From positions 225 through 64,224 of the forward strand of contig JBLIIW010000001.1 of NCBI GenBank assembly GCA_047635315.1: a stretch of DNA of 64,000 bases. Direction: 5' to 3'. Shown here in pieces: positions 51,601 to 61,631 of the stretch. Numbering within the stretch: the first letter of the stretch is position 1; each line of letters begins with the position of its first letter. Both the position numbers and the translations under genes were made by a program. The stretch comes from Halieaceae bacterium. GTDB taxonomy: Bacteria > Pseudomonadota > Gammaproteobacteria > Pseudomonadales > Halieaceae. The notes below the pieces were generated by a model. It was not told the origin of the DNA and did no database searches. It saw only the letters and a list, made by a program, of their open reading frames with translations.

Positions 51601-51708
51601 CTCGCGTAGGGGCAAATCCTGGAACGCCAGGATTCCAAATGCAACGAGCAACAAGCTGATTACGATGGCGAAGGCCGGGCGGCGAACGGATATATCAGTA
51701 ATTAGCAT
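48601..51708 (-). CDS. RND efflux transporter permease (AcrB/MdtC family)
   Basis: 1035 aa; LPLREYPDID, GLVIDDAIVVLEN, KNGVLIVEF, RLRPILMT. Confidence 0.95.
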   Translation of the reverse strand: MLITDISVRRPAFAIVISLLLVAFGILAFQDLPLREYPDIDTPVISISTDYLGASAQVVEAKITEPLESRLSGIEGVKTIASSSSDGRSNITLEFDTSRDIDAAANDIRDSIGRIANALPEEATAPQIRKSGSDDNPMLWFNLSSNTLDRLEVTDLAERFLVDRFSSIDGVARIVVSGGLLYSMKIWLDRGELAARGLTVEDISAALQQQNVELPAGSIQSKTRDFSLRVVRSYRTEQQFRDLIITRTSDGGLVRLGDVARVEVAEEEYRNFFHSNGQANIGLGVVKQSTANLVQVGRDVRQEIERVKDTLPPGVEMRVISDNSVFVDSAVQEVYRTFAFASVLVILMTYLFIGDWRATLIPALTLPISVVSTFIALSVFGYSLNMITLLALILAIGLVIDDAIVVLENVYSRVTSGVDPLIASFEGSRQVSFAVIATSVILISVFTPITFLQGKVGQLFGEFAVTLSAAIAFSSLVALTLTPALSSILLKPVESNWLAKRVNSNLEFVKRVYLSILNYLLNARVIVICVCLLVVVTIGWLVTVIASEYTPYEDRGYIFLIIEGPEGASFETTTAYVEQIEERLMRLVEAGEVENILSNVPGFGGRNAFNGGTIFMPLSDWGSGRRDARVIAADINRQIADITGVTAFAIVPKGLGLGSGAPVQFVIGGADYKTLRDWRDTLLLEAEKNPGLARIDHDHKENKPQMLVAIDVNRAGDLGVSTVAVSRTLETFFGSRQTTTFLLNGAERNVILHGERSQRMTPQDIGSLYVRSSTTGELVSLDNLVTIKEVAEPQSLNRFNRIRSITITANLVGDYTLGEALDFMREVVREKLPPGVSIDYKGESLDFVESSGSSLFTFGLALLIAYLVLVAQFESFVQPLVIMIAIPLSVVGALLGLYLADQTLSIYSQIALVMLVGLAAKNGVLIVEFINQKRDSGLPFREAILEGSAERLRPILMTSVTTAIGSLPLLVASGAGSESRYVIGVVIFAGIIIGSILTLLITPIFYALLAKNTHPPGHKGKLLERALADARSADK

Positions 51709-51713
51709 AGCGA

Positions 51714-52829
51714 TTATCCGCTGAGGCCATTGATGCCGCCGTCGGTGGCACTACTCGTGTTCGGTGCCTTCTTGTCCTCGGGGCGCTCACTCTTCACGGC
51801 AATTTTCTGACCGTTGCGCAGCCGGTGTGTGGCCTCGATGGCAACCCTATCATCCACGCTGAGCCCGTCACCGATGTAAACCCAGCCCGGATCGCGACCG
51901 ACAATCGTTACCTGCTGCTGGGTGACCGTACTATCGCTGTTGACACGAAACACGTAGTGGCTGGTGCTGAGTTGCAGAATTGATTGCTCAGGCACCTTCA
52001 GCGCGGAAACCTCACTTCCAAAGAGGGTGACGCGCAGGAGCATTCCCGGGATGAGTCTATGGTCGGGGTTCGGCAGTAGTGCCCGTGCTTCCAGGGTGCG
52101 GCTGTCGGGATTAATACGGGATCCCACGGCGACGATGGTGCCTTCCTGTCCATGGCCATTGATGCTGGTCCTCGCCAGGATCTTTGCGCCGATGCCGGCC
52201 AGTACCCGCTGCGTCGCCGGTACCCGGAAGTCGACCTTCAGGGGGTCGATTTTGTCCAGGGTAGTAATGCGTGCCCCGGGAGAGACGAGTGCGCCAATGC
52301 TGAGTTCGCGAAGCCCAATTACGCCATCGAAGGGCGCCTGGATGGTCCTGTCGGCGATCCGGGTTTCCGCCTCGGTAAGCAGTAGCTGCGCGAGCTGCGC
52401 AGCCGTTTCCTGGCGGTCATACTCGGTCGGGGATATGGATTTGGTCTTCAGGAGTCCCTTGAGTCGCTGCAATTCTCGCTGTTCCCTCGCGAGGGTGACC
52501 TGGGCCTGGTCTCGTTGGGCGGTCTCTGCTGACTGCGACAAGGTCACCAGCTCATCGCCCTTTTCGACCCGCTGTCCGTCTTCAAAATGAATGGCCGCGA
52601 TGGTTTCGACAACGGTGGATGTAATGTCAACGGATTCGTCGGACCGTGTGGAACCTACGACCTGCAGTTTTACCTGAAATACGGTCGGCTGCACGGTAGC
52701 GACCGCAACAGCTAAAGCAAATCCAGCACCGCCCACTCCCGCGCCAGGGGGGGACTCTTCCCCATCGCACGCAGATAGGAGTAGGGCGCCGATCACGGAG
52801 AGGACGAGTGCCCGCAAGCTGCCGATCAT
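51714..52829 (-). CDS. RND periplasmic adaptor (MFP), lipoprotein
   Basis: LLLSAC lipobox, IQAPFDGVIG, LIPGM, VPEQSI; GAGGG RBS before ATG 52829. Confidence 0.92.
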   Translation of the reverse strand: MIGSLRALVLSVIGALLLSACDGEESPPGAGVGGAGFALAVAVATVQPTVFQVKLQVVGSTRSDESVDITSTVVETIAAIHFEDGQRVEKGDELVTLSQSAETAQRDQAQVTLAREQRELQRLKGLLKTKSISPTEYDRQETAAQLAQLLLTEAETRIADRTIQAPFDGVIGLRELSIGALVSPGARITTLDKIDPLKVDFRVPATQRVLAGIGAKILARTSINGHGQEGTIVAVGSRINPDSRTLEARALLPNPDHRLIPGMLLRVTLFGSEVSALKVPEQSILQLSTSHYVFRVNSDSTVTQQQVTIVGRDPGWVYIGDGLSVDDRVAIEATHRLRNGQKIAVKSERPEDKKAPNTSSATDGGINGLSG

Positions 52830-53433
52830 CGGGATGCCCTCACGCCGCACTGCAAGTGGTTGACACGAGACATGTGGATGGAAATCATCAGGAACCCCTA
52901 AGCAGGCAATTCAGAGCCAGGCAATGAAGAGAGAAAATGTAGCTGCAATATCAGTGACGCGACGATACGGCTGAGGATCTCAGTTTAGCAAAAACAGAGT
53001 GCAGCTAGCGCTTTTCGGCAAAGCTGATATAGCGGCTGTTGTCCGTACCCCGGCGTTCCTTTGCAGCTCACGCCAGCGTGGAGGAAGAATACATTGGTCT
53101 TGGCCACGCGCTCCAGTCTGGGGGTCAGGTCTGTCCACGGGACGGATAGTGCGAATCATGAACGCTTTTGCGTCCCTGCTGTGGGCCTGGCGCGACGCAG
53201 GCGAAGAAAGCCGCGTTCGAGGCGACCACATTTGAGATACGCTTCAAAATCTCGATGAACATGAGTCCGCAGGCTTTTACCCCCGGGATTCCAATTGCTC
53301 AATCAGGCCGGTGTTTATCTATAAGCGGGTAGAGCCGCGTTTGCTCCGGGCGATGGCCCTCATAGCTGGCGTGAGCTAGGGCATGGGGACCTGGTATTTT
53401 CTCGCCACTGCCGCTGCAAGTCGGGTCAAGAGC

Positions 53434-54531
53434 TTAGTGACCATTCATGGAAAGGCTATAGCCATCGCTCGGTGCCGCCGCCCCACGCAGCGTTGCCAGA
53501 AAGGCCTGCTGCGCCTGCGCTGCGCCGTCAAACTGTACCGACCCGAGCCAGCTGTCGGCAAATACCCTGAAGCGGGCAAAAGATGTGCCGATGCGCTGTT
53601 CCATAACGTCGGCACCCCAGTCGGCACTGCGTTTGGCCGCCTGGTGTGGTGCAAAAAACATCTCCGGTTTCGGTCCGTTGCTGGACGGTTCGCTTTCCGC
53701 CGGCGCATCGCGGTGTGTCATACCGATGCGGCAGTCGTAGCGGAGCTGGTCGCCGAAATGTCTGTGGATGCGGCTGTTGAGCGGCCCGTCGCCGGCCATG
53801 TCGACAAGAATGACCTTACGGTCCAGGGGCAGGTCCGTGACCTCCGCGTAACAAAAGACCTCGTCATAGCAGCCCAGGGATTCGCAAAAGGCGCGATTGC
53901 GCGCTGAGGTCAGGGCAATGCGTCGTACGGCGCCGCGATCGCGCAGGGCGAAGGCGAGCGCTATGGATGTTTTACTGGAGGCGCTGGTGATCAGGCAGTC
54001 GCTGGCACCGTAGTAGTCGTGCTCCTGCAGGGCGTCCTCGCAAAGCCATGAGGTGAGGAAAAGGCCGCGCAGCAGACAGTCCTGCGCTTCGCGCGCCGGT
54101 TCATACAGTGGATTTGCCGCAGCGCGTTGAAATTGGCAATAGATCGGCGCGAGTCCTTCCCGATGCGCTGACAAATCGCTGAAGCCGTGCTTGTGGACCT
54201 GGCCCGCATTGATCAGCAGGTGCGTGGACATGGGGAAAAATCCCCAGACGCGTTCACCTACCCCAATATCCGGGTGGGCGCTGACCGCGACGCTGGCGTA
54301 GCCCATGGCGGGAACCCGCCCCCAGACGGATGGGTCATCGCTGGGGAAGAAGCGCCAGTAGCCCACCGCCTCCCCGACCTGGCAGTAGGTGATGTTATTG
54401 GCCGTCAGCGCGAAGTGGTCTACCGCCAGCAACACCTGCCCTTCTTCGAGGGATTCGGGCAGGGGGTCTTCCCTGACCCGCAGCTGTGCGTAATCGTCGC
54501 GGCGCACTTCCAGCGTCGTTGAGTGGCCCAT
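53434..54531 (-). CDS. DUF2855 family protein
   Basis: FALTANNITY, YWRFFP, GFFPMS, ITSASSKTS, VDMAG. Confidence 0.85.
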   Translation of the reverse strand: MGHSTTLEVRRDDYAQLRVREDPLPESLEEGQVLLAVDHFALTANNITYCQVGEAVGYWRFFPSDDPSVWGRVPAMGYASVAVSAHPDIGVGERVWGFFPMSTHLLINAGQVHKHGFSDLSAHREGLAPIYCQFQRAAANPLYEPAREAQDCLLRGLFLTSWLCEDALQEHDYYGASDCLITSASSKTSIALAFALRDRGAVRRIALTSARNRAFCESLGCYDEVFCYAEVTDLPLDRKVILVDMAGDGPLNSRIHRHFGDQLRYDCRIGMTHRDAPAESEPSSNGPKPEMFFAPHQAAKRSADWGADVMEQRIGTSFARFRVFADSWLGSVQFDGAAQAQQAFLATLRGAAAPSDGYSLSMNGH

Positions 54532-54538
54532 GGTCGTC

Positions 54539-55018
54539 CTAGAGCGCTGCCATGATGGTTTCGGCTGCGCTCACGTCGATGCCGCCGGCTGGCTCGACAT
54601 TGAGCAAGGTGACCGTGCCGTCTTCCACAATCATCGCGTAACGCTGGCTCCGCAGGCCCATACCAAAGCCGGTGCCATCGAGTTCAAGGCCGAGGGCGCG
54701 GGTAAAGTCGCCGTTGCCATCGGCGAGCATGACCAGATGTTCGGCATTCTGGGCTTTGCCCCACGCGTCCATCACAAAGGCGTCGTTCACAGACAGGCAG
54801 GCGATGGTATCAACTCCGGCGGCGAGGATTTTACCCGCATTGACCACGTAGCCCGGTAGATGGGTCATGGAGCAACCGGGCGTGAATGCGCCGGGAACAG
54901 CAAATAGCACAACCTTCTTGCCGGCGAAGAGGTCGCCGGTACTCATGGGGGTAGGCCCGTTCTCGCCCATAACCTGTAACGTGGCCGCGGGAACCTTTTC
55001 TCCAACTGCAATACTCAT
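54539..55018 (-). CDS. Peroxiredoxin (Prx5/redoxin type)
   Basis: FAVPGAFTPGCSMTHLPG, VNDAFVM.AW, RSQRYAM. Confidence 0.95.
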   Translation of the reverse strand: MSIAVGEKVPAATLQVMGENGPTPMSTGDLFAGKKVVLFAVPGAFTPGCSMTHLPGYVVNAGKILAAGVDTIACLSVNDAFVMDAWGKAQNAEHLVMLADGNGDFTRALGLELDGTGFGMGLRSQRYAMIVEDGTVTLLNVEPAGGIDVSAAETIMAAL

Positions 55019-55199
55019 ACTATGTCTCCATTTTGAGGGTTTTTTAATGTGATTTACCGCCTTGCTGAGGAATGGGTTCAGCGCGGCTTTCTGTTCGTTT
55101 CCTGTTGCTATTCTTACGGGCTATGCTGCTGTGCCCTGCGCTTTGGCGCCCGAGACCTCCAAGAGATGCTCGTTAATACCGTGATGTTAGCAGACCCGC

Positions 55200-55844
55200 G
55201 TGGGTGAGGGCTGCCCCCTGTGCGCCGGGCAGGCGCTTGCCTACCATCGCGACGAACAGCGCGCGTACCTGCAGTGTACGCGCTGCGAGTTGGTGTTCGT
55301 CGCGCCGCAAGACCGAATCGATCGCCGTGCAGAGTTTGCGCTCTACTGCCTGCACGAAAACTCTGTGGATGACCCGGGCTACAGACAGTTTTTGCAGCGT
55401 CTTGCGGGGCCGCTTTGCGAGCGGCTTGCGCCGGCTTCCAGAGGGCTGGATTTTGGCTGTGGGCCCGCGCCCGCGCTGGCGGCGATGCTGGAAGAGGCCG
55501 GTCACCGAGTGGCGCTGCACGACAGTTTCTTCTCCCCGGCACCGGAGCTGCTGGAGCAGCGCTATGATTTCATTACGGCTACTGAAGTCGTGGAGCATCT
55601 CCATCGCCCGGGGCCTGTGTTGGCACAGCTCTGGGACTGCCTCCTCCCCGGTGCCTGGCTGGGGGTGATGACCAAGCTGGTGCGCGACCGCGAAGCCTTC
55701 GCCGGCTGGCACTATAAACGCGATCCCACGCATGTCTGCTTCTTTAGCCGAGCCACCTGGCGCTTCTGGGCGGACCAGCGGGATGCAGAGCCGCTCTTTC
55801 CCGCAGACGACGTGATGCTGATGAGAAAGCCGCTATTGCGCTAA
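55200..55844 (+). CDS. Class I SAM-dependent methyltransferase with N-terminal zinc ribbon
   Basis: CPLC..CTRC, GLDFGCGP, TEVVEHL, WHYKRDPTHV. Confidence 0.88.
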   Translation: MGEGCPLCAGQALAYHRDEQRAYLQCTRCELVFVAPQDRIDRRAEFALYCLHENSVDDPGYRQFLQRLAGPLCERLAPASRGLDFGCGPAPALAAMLEEAGHRVALHDSFFSPAPELLEQRYDFITATEVVEHLHRPGPVLAQLWDCLLPGAWLGVMTKLVRDREAFAGWHYKRDPTHVCFFSRATWRFWADQRDAEPLFPADDVMLMRKPLLR

Positions 55845-55877
55845 AGGGATGTAGTCGGCAGGGCACTTCGGCGCTGC

Positions 55878-56537
55878 TTAGTCTTTTTCCCGCTCGCGTA
55901 TTGTTTGGGAAATGAGCTCGCATTGGCGGTAGAAGTTCATGTGCTCCTCGCCCAGGTAGGGAGCCACCATCGTCAATAACTGCAGTACACCCTGATGAAC
56001 GATCAGTTCCGCGTCTCGTTCCGAGTACAGCAGTCGATCGTAGCTCAGCCAGTAGGTCAGTTGCAGGGTCATATTCTCCACCAGCGCATCCAGTTGTTGC
56101 CGGGGTAAATCGATCAGCGACTGATCCAGCAAACTGGCGATAATGGCATTCAACGCAGCGCGTTTGAGCGCCACTATGCGGCGAAAGCCACGCTGCAGTT
56201 TTTGGTAGCGGCGCAGCAGATCATCGAGGTTGTGATAGAAAAAACGGTACTGGTAGAGCTCCTCGAGAACCACGTAAAGGTAGTACCAATTGTCCTCGAC
56301 GCGTCCCTGGGGTTGGTGCAGGGGTTGTTCAAGCGGTGCGTTTAGCGTTTGACTGATCGCGAGCTCAAACTGCTGGAAAAGCTCCGCGATGATCTGGTCC
56401 TTGCCCTTGAAGTGGTAATACAGATTGCCAGGACTGATATCCATCTCGCCCGAGAGGTCGATGGTGGTGGTGTGCGCTTCGCCCTCTTCATTAAACAGCC
56501 GCAGGCTGGTATCGAGGATGCGATCTCGGGTCTTCAC
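55878..56537 (-). CDS. TetR family regulator, PhaD-like
   Basis: MKTRDRIL..SL.LFN..GE, ISPGNLYYHF.GK, YRFFY, Q.L..VAPYL; downstream of phasins. Confidence 0.85.
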   Translation of the reverse strand: MKTRDRILDTSLRLFNEEGEAHTTTIDLSGEMDISPGNLYYHFKGKDQIIAELFQQFELAISQTLNAPLEQPLHQPQGRVEDNWYYLYVVLEELYQYRFFYHNLDDLLRRYQKLQRGFRRIVALKRAALNAIIASLLDQSLIDLPRQQLDALVENMTLQLTYWLSYDRLLYSERDAELIVHQGVLQLLTMVAPYLGEEHMNFYRQCELISQTIREREKD

Positions 56538-56557
56538 CGTCAGTCAGAGTCAGTGCT

Positions 56558-57118
56558 TTAGCTACTGCTGCGATTCCGGGCCGTCTTGGCACCTGCGGGG
56601 GCCTGCTTGCGGGAAGGGGTAGCCACTTTTGATACCAGCTTCGCAGCCTTCGCTGCCGGCTTGCTGGCGTTTGTGGAGCTGGCTGTCTTCTTCGCTGTCG
56701 GTTTTTTCTTGCGGGTCGCCGTAGCTTTTCGTGCAGGTTTGATCGCTCCCCTGGCGCTGAGTGCATCCGTCAGGGCGTCGACGCGGTTGGTCAGGCGATC
56801 GATTTTTTCATGCAGCGCCAGCAAGTCTTCCCCACGCGCCGGCCTTTGTAGATTGAAATTATCGCGCACCCGATTGATTCGATCTTCTACGGAGTTGCGC
56901 GCCGCCTGACCCGCTTCGATGGCATCGCGCGCTTCATCTTCCAGCGCCGCGCCGGCCTTAACCAGTTCCCGGAACAGCTTTGGCGGTTCCACACCGGCTT
57001 TCTCAAGGCGGCCCTGCGCCTCATCGACCGCTCGCCCGTAAGCGCCGACGCCTGCCAACCAGATATTCTTGGCAATTTCGCTGGCTTTATCGGTTACCTT
57101 GTTCTTGTCGTCTGCCAT
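56558..57118 (-). CDS. Phasin-family granule protein with C-terminal Lys/Ala-rich tail (PhaF-like)
   Basis: AKNIWLAGVGAY, LF.ELVK.G, L..KIDRLT zipper, KPARKATATRKKKP tail. Confidence 0.8.
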   Translation of the reverse strand: MADDKNKVTDKASEIAKNIWLAGVGAYGRAVDEAQGRLEKAGVEPPKLFRELVKAGAALEDEARDAIEAGQAARNSVEDRINRVRDNFNLQRPARGEDLLALHEKIDRLTNRVDALTDALSARGAIKPARKATATRKKKPTAKKTASSTNASKPAAKAAKLVSKVATPSRKQAPAGAKTARNRSSS

Positions 57119-57247
57119 CGCTTCTACCGTCCCGTCTGTCGCCTTCACTGTCACGAGGATCCCCGTCGGCGCTCGCCGCCTGGAGGGGTGGGGTCCCTGT
57201 GATGCCCGATACTGCTTCTTAGCCAGTCTAGCAGACACTCGCCGGGC

Positions 57248-57276
57248 AAAAAAAAGGGGGTCACAAAGTGACCCCC
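57248..57276 (-). terminator. Intrinsic terminator between the two phasin genes
   Basis: Minus strand GGGGGTCAC-TTT-GTGACCCCC + T8. Confidence 0.85.
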
Positions 57277-57317
57277 AAAGTATCCCCAAATCGGGGGCAG
57301 TGAACCCGATCAGATAT

Positions 57318-57806
57318 TCAGGCAGCTTTTTTGAAGCCTACGGACTGCTTCAATTCTGCAAAGCGAGCACGCGCTTTTGCCAGCTGTGCATCCAGCTTGG
57401 CGCGGTCCGTGAGTTCCGCTACGTCCAGCTTGGGCATTTCCAGATCTTCAATGGCGCTCTTCGCCGTCTTCTCGACCTTGGCACCGCGCTTAACCATTTC
57501 CTGGTACAGCTTGTCGGCTTTCTTGCGACGTGCGCTCAGTCGGCCCTCGACGCTCTGGAACTGCTCCTGCATCTGATCGAACGCCATGCCGTACACGCCC
57601 AGGCTCGCGAGGAAGGCGCTGCGGCCAGCTTCATTTACGCGGCTCTGCAGGCTAGGTGCCTTGCGGGCAGCTGACTTGCGCTTGGCCGTAGTCTTGCGGG
57701 CCACTGGCTTGCGCTTGGCGGTGGTCTTCGTCGCAGCAGCAGCAGCAGCTTTGCCCTTCGGTGCGGATGCCGTTACCGGTGATGTTGCTTTAGTTTCTTC
57801 AGCCAT
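57318..57806 (-). CDS. Phasin-like protein with N-terminal Lys/Ala-rich tail
   Basis: RSAFLASLGVY and LYQEMVKRG.KVE parallel the phasin motifs; basic N-terminus. Confidence 0.68.
   Translation of the reverse strand: MAEETKATSPVTASAPKGKAAAAAATKTTAKRKPVARKTTAKRKSAARKAPSLQSRVNEAGRSAFLASLGVYGMAFDQMQEQFQSVEGRLSARRKKADKLYQEMVKRGAKVEKTAKSAIEDLEMPKLDVAELTDRAKLDAQLAKARARFAELKQSVGFKKAA
57660..57728. repeat. 33-bp coding tandem repeat x2 (TTAKRKxxARK)
   Basis: CTTGCGGGCAGCTGACTTGCGCTTGGCCGTAGT / CTTGCGGGCCACTGGCTTGCGCTTGGCGGTGGT. Confidence 0.75.
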
Positions 57807-58009
57807 GAGTCACACTCCTATATGTGTTTGGTTGCTCTTTCGCTGGACACCCGTTTTTCTCTGTGGATGCCATCGTGTAACCAATATAGGATTGAAAACT
57901 AGAATAAACATACTAAATACAAGGTTTTTTTCGTACGATTTTTGACCACTTAAATGCTGCGGGTGATCCGCAGCAAGAGCCGGGTCGCGTGCTATATACC
58001 GTTTGCTGC

Positions 58010-59572
58010 TCAGGTCGGAGCTTTGGGGCCTGCGGCGACGATGGCCGATGAAATATCAAAGCGGCAGATGTTGCTCTGGAATAATTTCGCCAGTTTTCCG
58101 GCCTGCGCGTCATACGCGGCAGTATCACCCCAGTTTTGTCGCGGATTGACAAATTGCTGGTCCACACCGGGAATTTCGGTGGGGAAATCTAGGTTGAGGA
58201 TATCCAGGCGTGCTGTCGGGGCGTTCAGCAGGGCGCCGCTTTCCGCTGCGGCGACCACCGCGCGGGTAACGGGGATCGGGAAGCGTGAACCCGATCCATC
58301 TGACGCACCGGAGCCGCCTGTCCAACCGGTATTGACCAGATAGACCTGACTGCCGAACTCCTCAATGCGCTTCATGAGCAGTTCGGCGTAATCGCCTGCG
58401 GGTCGCGGCATAAAGGGTGCGCCGAAGCAGGTGGAGAAAGTCGGGTGAATGCCCGCCTCGGCACCAACTTCCGTAGAGCCCACGCGCGCGGTGTAGCCGC
58501 TGAGGAAGTGGAAAGCTGCGGCTTCCTTGGAAAGAATGGATATGGGAGGCAGTACGCCGGTGACATCGCAGGTCAGGAAGATGACGCATTTCGGCTCCCC
58601 GGCGATATTTTCCGTAATACGTTTCGGGACATGTGTCAGCGGGTAGCAGCAGCGTCCGTTCTCCGTCAGGCTAGTGTCGTCATAGTCCGCGTGGAGCATC
58701 TCATCAGCCACCACGTTCTCAACGATCGCACCGAACTTGATCGCATCCCAAATAATCGGTTCGTTCTTCTGACTGAGGTTGATCGTCTTGGCGTAGCACC
58801 CACCCTCAAGATTGAACACAGCGCCTCGTGTCCAGCCATGCTCATCGTCCCCGATCAGATAGCGCTCCGGGTCCGCAGAGAGGGTGGTTTTGCCCGTGCC
58901 CGAGAGACCGAAGAACAGGGTGGTATCACCGTCTTCGCCCACGTTAGCCGAGCAGTGCATGGACATGACATCCTTCTCCGGCAAGAGAAAGTTCTGCACA
59001 GAGAACACAGACTTCTTCATCTCGCCGCCGTAACGCATGCCGGCGATCAGAATCTTGCGCTGCCCGAAGTTCACAATGACGGTGGCATCAGAGGCCGTGC
59101 CGTCGCGTTCCGGATCGCAGATAAATTCCGGCACATTGAGAACCGACCACTCGGGCTTGCGACCGGGGTTGAAACTCGCTGGCTTGATAAACATGTTGCG
59201 ACCGAACAGGCCATGCCATGCCCACTGCGTGGTGACTTGCAGGGGCAGGTAGTGGTCCGAATGTGCCCCCACGTGCAGATGTGACACAAAGCGGTCCCGC
59301 TCGCCCATGTAGGCCTCGACGCGCTCCCAGAGCGCATGAAACTTGTCTGCGTCGAAAGGCAGGTTGACAGCGCCCCAGTCTACCGAGTCCTCACAGCTCG
59401 GCTCGCGCACAATGAAGCGATCGCCGGGAGAGCGCCCGGTGCGCCGGCCCGTGGTTACCCGCAGGGCGCCCGTGTCGGTGAGGCTGCATTCGCCGCGGCG
59501 TAGCGCCTCCTGGACAAATTCTGCTGGCTGCAGGTCTACGTACTCACGCGGTGTATGCATAGTGGCGCTCAT
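58010..59572 (-). CDS. pckA: Phosphoenolpyruvate carboxykinase (ATP)
   Basis: [46 protein letters not shown]; start at ATG 59572. Confidence 0.96.
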   Translation of the reverse strand: MSATMHTPREYVDLQPAEFVQEALRRGECSLTDTGALRVTTGRRTGRSPGDRFIVREPSCEDSVDWGAVNLPFDADKFHALWERVEAYMGERDRFVSHLHVGAHSDHYLPLQVTTQWAWHGLFGRNMFIKPASFNPGRKPEWSVLNVPEFICDPERDGTASDATVIVNFGQRKILIAGMRYGGEMKKSVFSVQNFLLPEKDVMSMHCSANVGEDGDTTLFFGLSGTGKTTLSADPERYLIGDDEHGWTRGAVFNLEGGCYAKTINLSQKNEPIIWDAIKFGAIVENVVADEMLHADYDDTSLTENGRCCYPLTHVPKRITENIAGEPKCVIFLTCDVTGVLPPISILSKEAAAFHFLSGYTARVGSTEVGAEAGIHPTFSTCFGAPFMPRPAGDYAELLMKRIEEFGSQVYLVNTGWTGGSGASDGSGSRFPIPVTRAVVAAAESGALLNAPTARLDILNLDFPTEIPGVDQQFVNPRQNWGDTAAYDAQAGKLAKLFQSNICRFDISSAIVAAGPKAPT

Positions 59573-59732
59573 GTTTTTTTGTCCTGTTGCCCTGTCCAAG
59601 CGCTGCTGCCCGGGGCTCGCGGAAGCTGGCGCCGGCGACCCACGGCCTGTGGGGTCGTTTTCAGGGGCCGACATTATGGCGAATCGGCCCTGCCTTGTGA
59701 ACCTGATTTGCGGAACCGTTTCGCAATTTTGC

Positions 59733-60629
59733 TCAGTGTACCGGGTCGCCTTCGGGGCGCTTGAGCAAATGTGCGAGGTCGTCCTCCGCAAAGCCATAGC
59801 GCTGGTTACAGAATTCACAGTCCATGGTGATGACCCCCTGCTCCAGTAAAATACTGCGAATTTCCGGCTCGCCGAGGGTCGACAGCGCCGCCAGTGTCCG
59901 CTCACGGCTGCAGCTGCAGTTAAAACGCACGCTCTCGGCGTCGAAAAGCCGCAGGGTATCTTCCTGGAACAGACGCCGGAGCAGTGCCATATCGCTGGCG
60001 GCCAGTAACTCCGCGGGGGTCAGGGTACTGGCGAGGAGGCTGATTCGCTGCCAGTCTTCGAGCCGCTGTTGCGGCTCCTTCTCAAGCTGCATGGGTAGCT
60101 GCTGCAGCAGCAGTCCCGCCGCTCGTTCTCCGTCACTGGTCAGGAACAGACGGGTACCCAGCTGCTCTGACTGGCTGAAATAGGTGTCGATACTGGCGGC
60201 CAGAGAGTGCTCATGCAGTGCCACGATGCCCTGATAACGCTGCCCTTTGGCCGGCGCCACCGTGAGCGTTAACTGCCCGCCGCCCAGTAACTCATCAAAG
60301 GATTCGGCGATTGCCTGCTGCGCACCACGGGCAATCGCACGCACATCGAGCTCGCTGTTGCATTCGGCCATAATCAGGGGGATCTGGCGATCGCTGCGCG
60401 CCTGCACGGTCAGGCTCCCGCGAAACTTCAGGGTGCTGGCCAGCAGAACCGACGCCGCCAGAAACTCACCTATAAGACGGCCCACTCCCGCGGGATAATC
60501 GTGGATGGCGCGGATATCGCCGAGCACCGAATTGAGGTGCAGTAGCTCTCCGCGCAGGTCCAGATGTTCGAAAAGAAAGCGGCGTTTGGCGTCCGCAGGT
60601 GTCGGTTTGAAGGTGGTGTCTTTTTGCAT
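59733..60629 (-). CDS. hslO: Hsp33 redox-regulated chaperone
   Basis: [18 protein letters not shown]...CEFC zinc motif. Confidence 0.95.
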   Translation of the reverse strand: MQKDTTFKPTPADAKRRFLFEHLDLRGELLHLNSVLGDIRAIHDYPAGVGRLIGEFLAASVLLASTLKFRGSLTVQARSDRQIPLIMAECNSELDVRAIARGAQQAIAESFDELLGGGQLTLTVAPAKGQRYQGIVALHEHSLAASIDTYFSQSEQLGTRLFLTSDGERAAGLLLQQLPMQLEKEPQQRLEDWQRISLLASTLTPAELLAASDMALLRRLFQEDTLRLFDAESVRFNCSCSRERTLAALSTLGEPEIRSILLEQGVITMDCEFCNQRYGFAEDDLAHLLKRPEGDPVH

Positions 60630-60719
60630 CGCGCCAGTGTACTGGAGACGCGCGGAAGACGCAGGGGGTTGCATGCCTGTGGCGTGCTAGCATTCTTTTT
60701 CTTTCTGGCGGTTTCATTC

Positions 60720-61595
60720 ATGCACAGCGCGCTCTTATACTTGGTGACGATCGTGATCTGGGGGTCTACCTGGATTGCCATCAAGTTTCAATTGGGTAGT
60801 GTCGATGCGCTGGTTTCCATTGCGCATCGCATGGCCCTGGCAGCCCTGCTCAGCGTCGCACTGGTACTGCTTAGGGAAGGTTTCGCGAAGCTTTCCCCAC
60901 GGGATCATGCCCGGGTCTTTCTGCAGGGCCTGTGCCTGTTTTCGGGGAATTACGTTTTTATTTACGCAGCCACTGCATCCCTGTCCACGGGGCTTGTTGC
61001 GGTGGTGTTTTCCACGATGGTGATCCTCAACGCCATCGGCGGTGCGCTGTTCCTGAATCTGCCGATCCGTCCGGCGGTCTTTGTGGGCGGCCTGCTCGGC
61101 CTGTTTGGCATGGCGCTGCTTTTTCTTCCGGAACTCGGGACGCTGAGTTGGGAGGACGAGAGCCTGCGGGCGGTGCTGATCTGCTTCGTGGGTACGCTAT
61201 GCGCCTCTGGCGGCAATATGATTGCCGCCGGCAACCTGCGTCGCGGTCTGCCGGTACTTAGCTGCAACTGTTGGGGCATGCTGTACGGGTGCCTGTGCCT
61301 TTATGTGGCGGCGCTACTACTCGGGAAGTCCCTCGCCGTCCCTCTCGAGCCGGTCTATCTGGGCTCCCTCGTGTATCTCGCCGTGTTTGGAACCGTGCTG
61401 GCGTTCTGGGCGTACATTTCCCTGATTGGACGCATCGGGGCGGACCGCGCGGCGTATACAACACTGATTTTTCCGCTGGTGGCGCTGCTGATCTCCACGG
61501 TCGTCGAGGGTTACCTCTGGACGCCCTGGGCCTTTGGGGGCTTGGCACTGATTCTGGGTGGGAACTGGCTGGCCATGCGCGGCGTGCGCGGCTGA
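60720..61595 (+). CDS. DMT/EamA family transporter
   Basis: IWGSTWIAIK, YLAVFGTVLAF, RIGADRAAY; ~10 TM segments. Confidence 0.9.
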   Translation: MHSALLYLVTIVIWGSTWIAIKFQLGSVDALVSIAHRMALAALLSVALVLLREGFAKLSPRDHARVFLQGLCLFSGNYVFIYAATASLSTGLVAVVFSTMVILNAIGGALFLNLPIRPAVFVGGLLGLFGMALLFLPELGTLSWEDESLRAVLICFVGTLCASGGNMIAAGNLRRGLPVLSCNCWGMLYGCLCLYVAALLLGKSLAVPLEPVYLGSLVYLAVFGTVLAFWAYISLIGRIGADRAAYTTLIFPLVALLISTVVEGYLWTPWAFGGLALILGGNWLAMRGVRG

Positions 61596-61631
61596 CTTAT
61601 ACTCCGGGGCAGACCCCGACGAGGAAATACG

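Noticed and set aside
52980-53258. Short ORFs upstream of the RND adaptor
   Set aside because: No RBS or family motifs; mutually overlapping; not supportable as genes.
59573-59905. N-terminal extension of PckA in the ORF track
   Set aside because: Overlaps hslO; conserved sequence begins near 59572.
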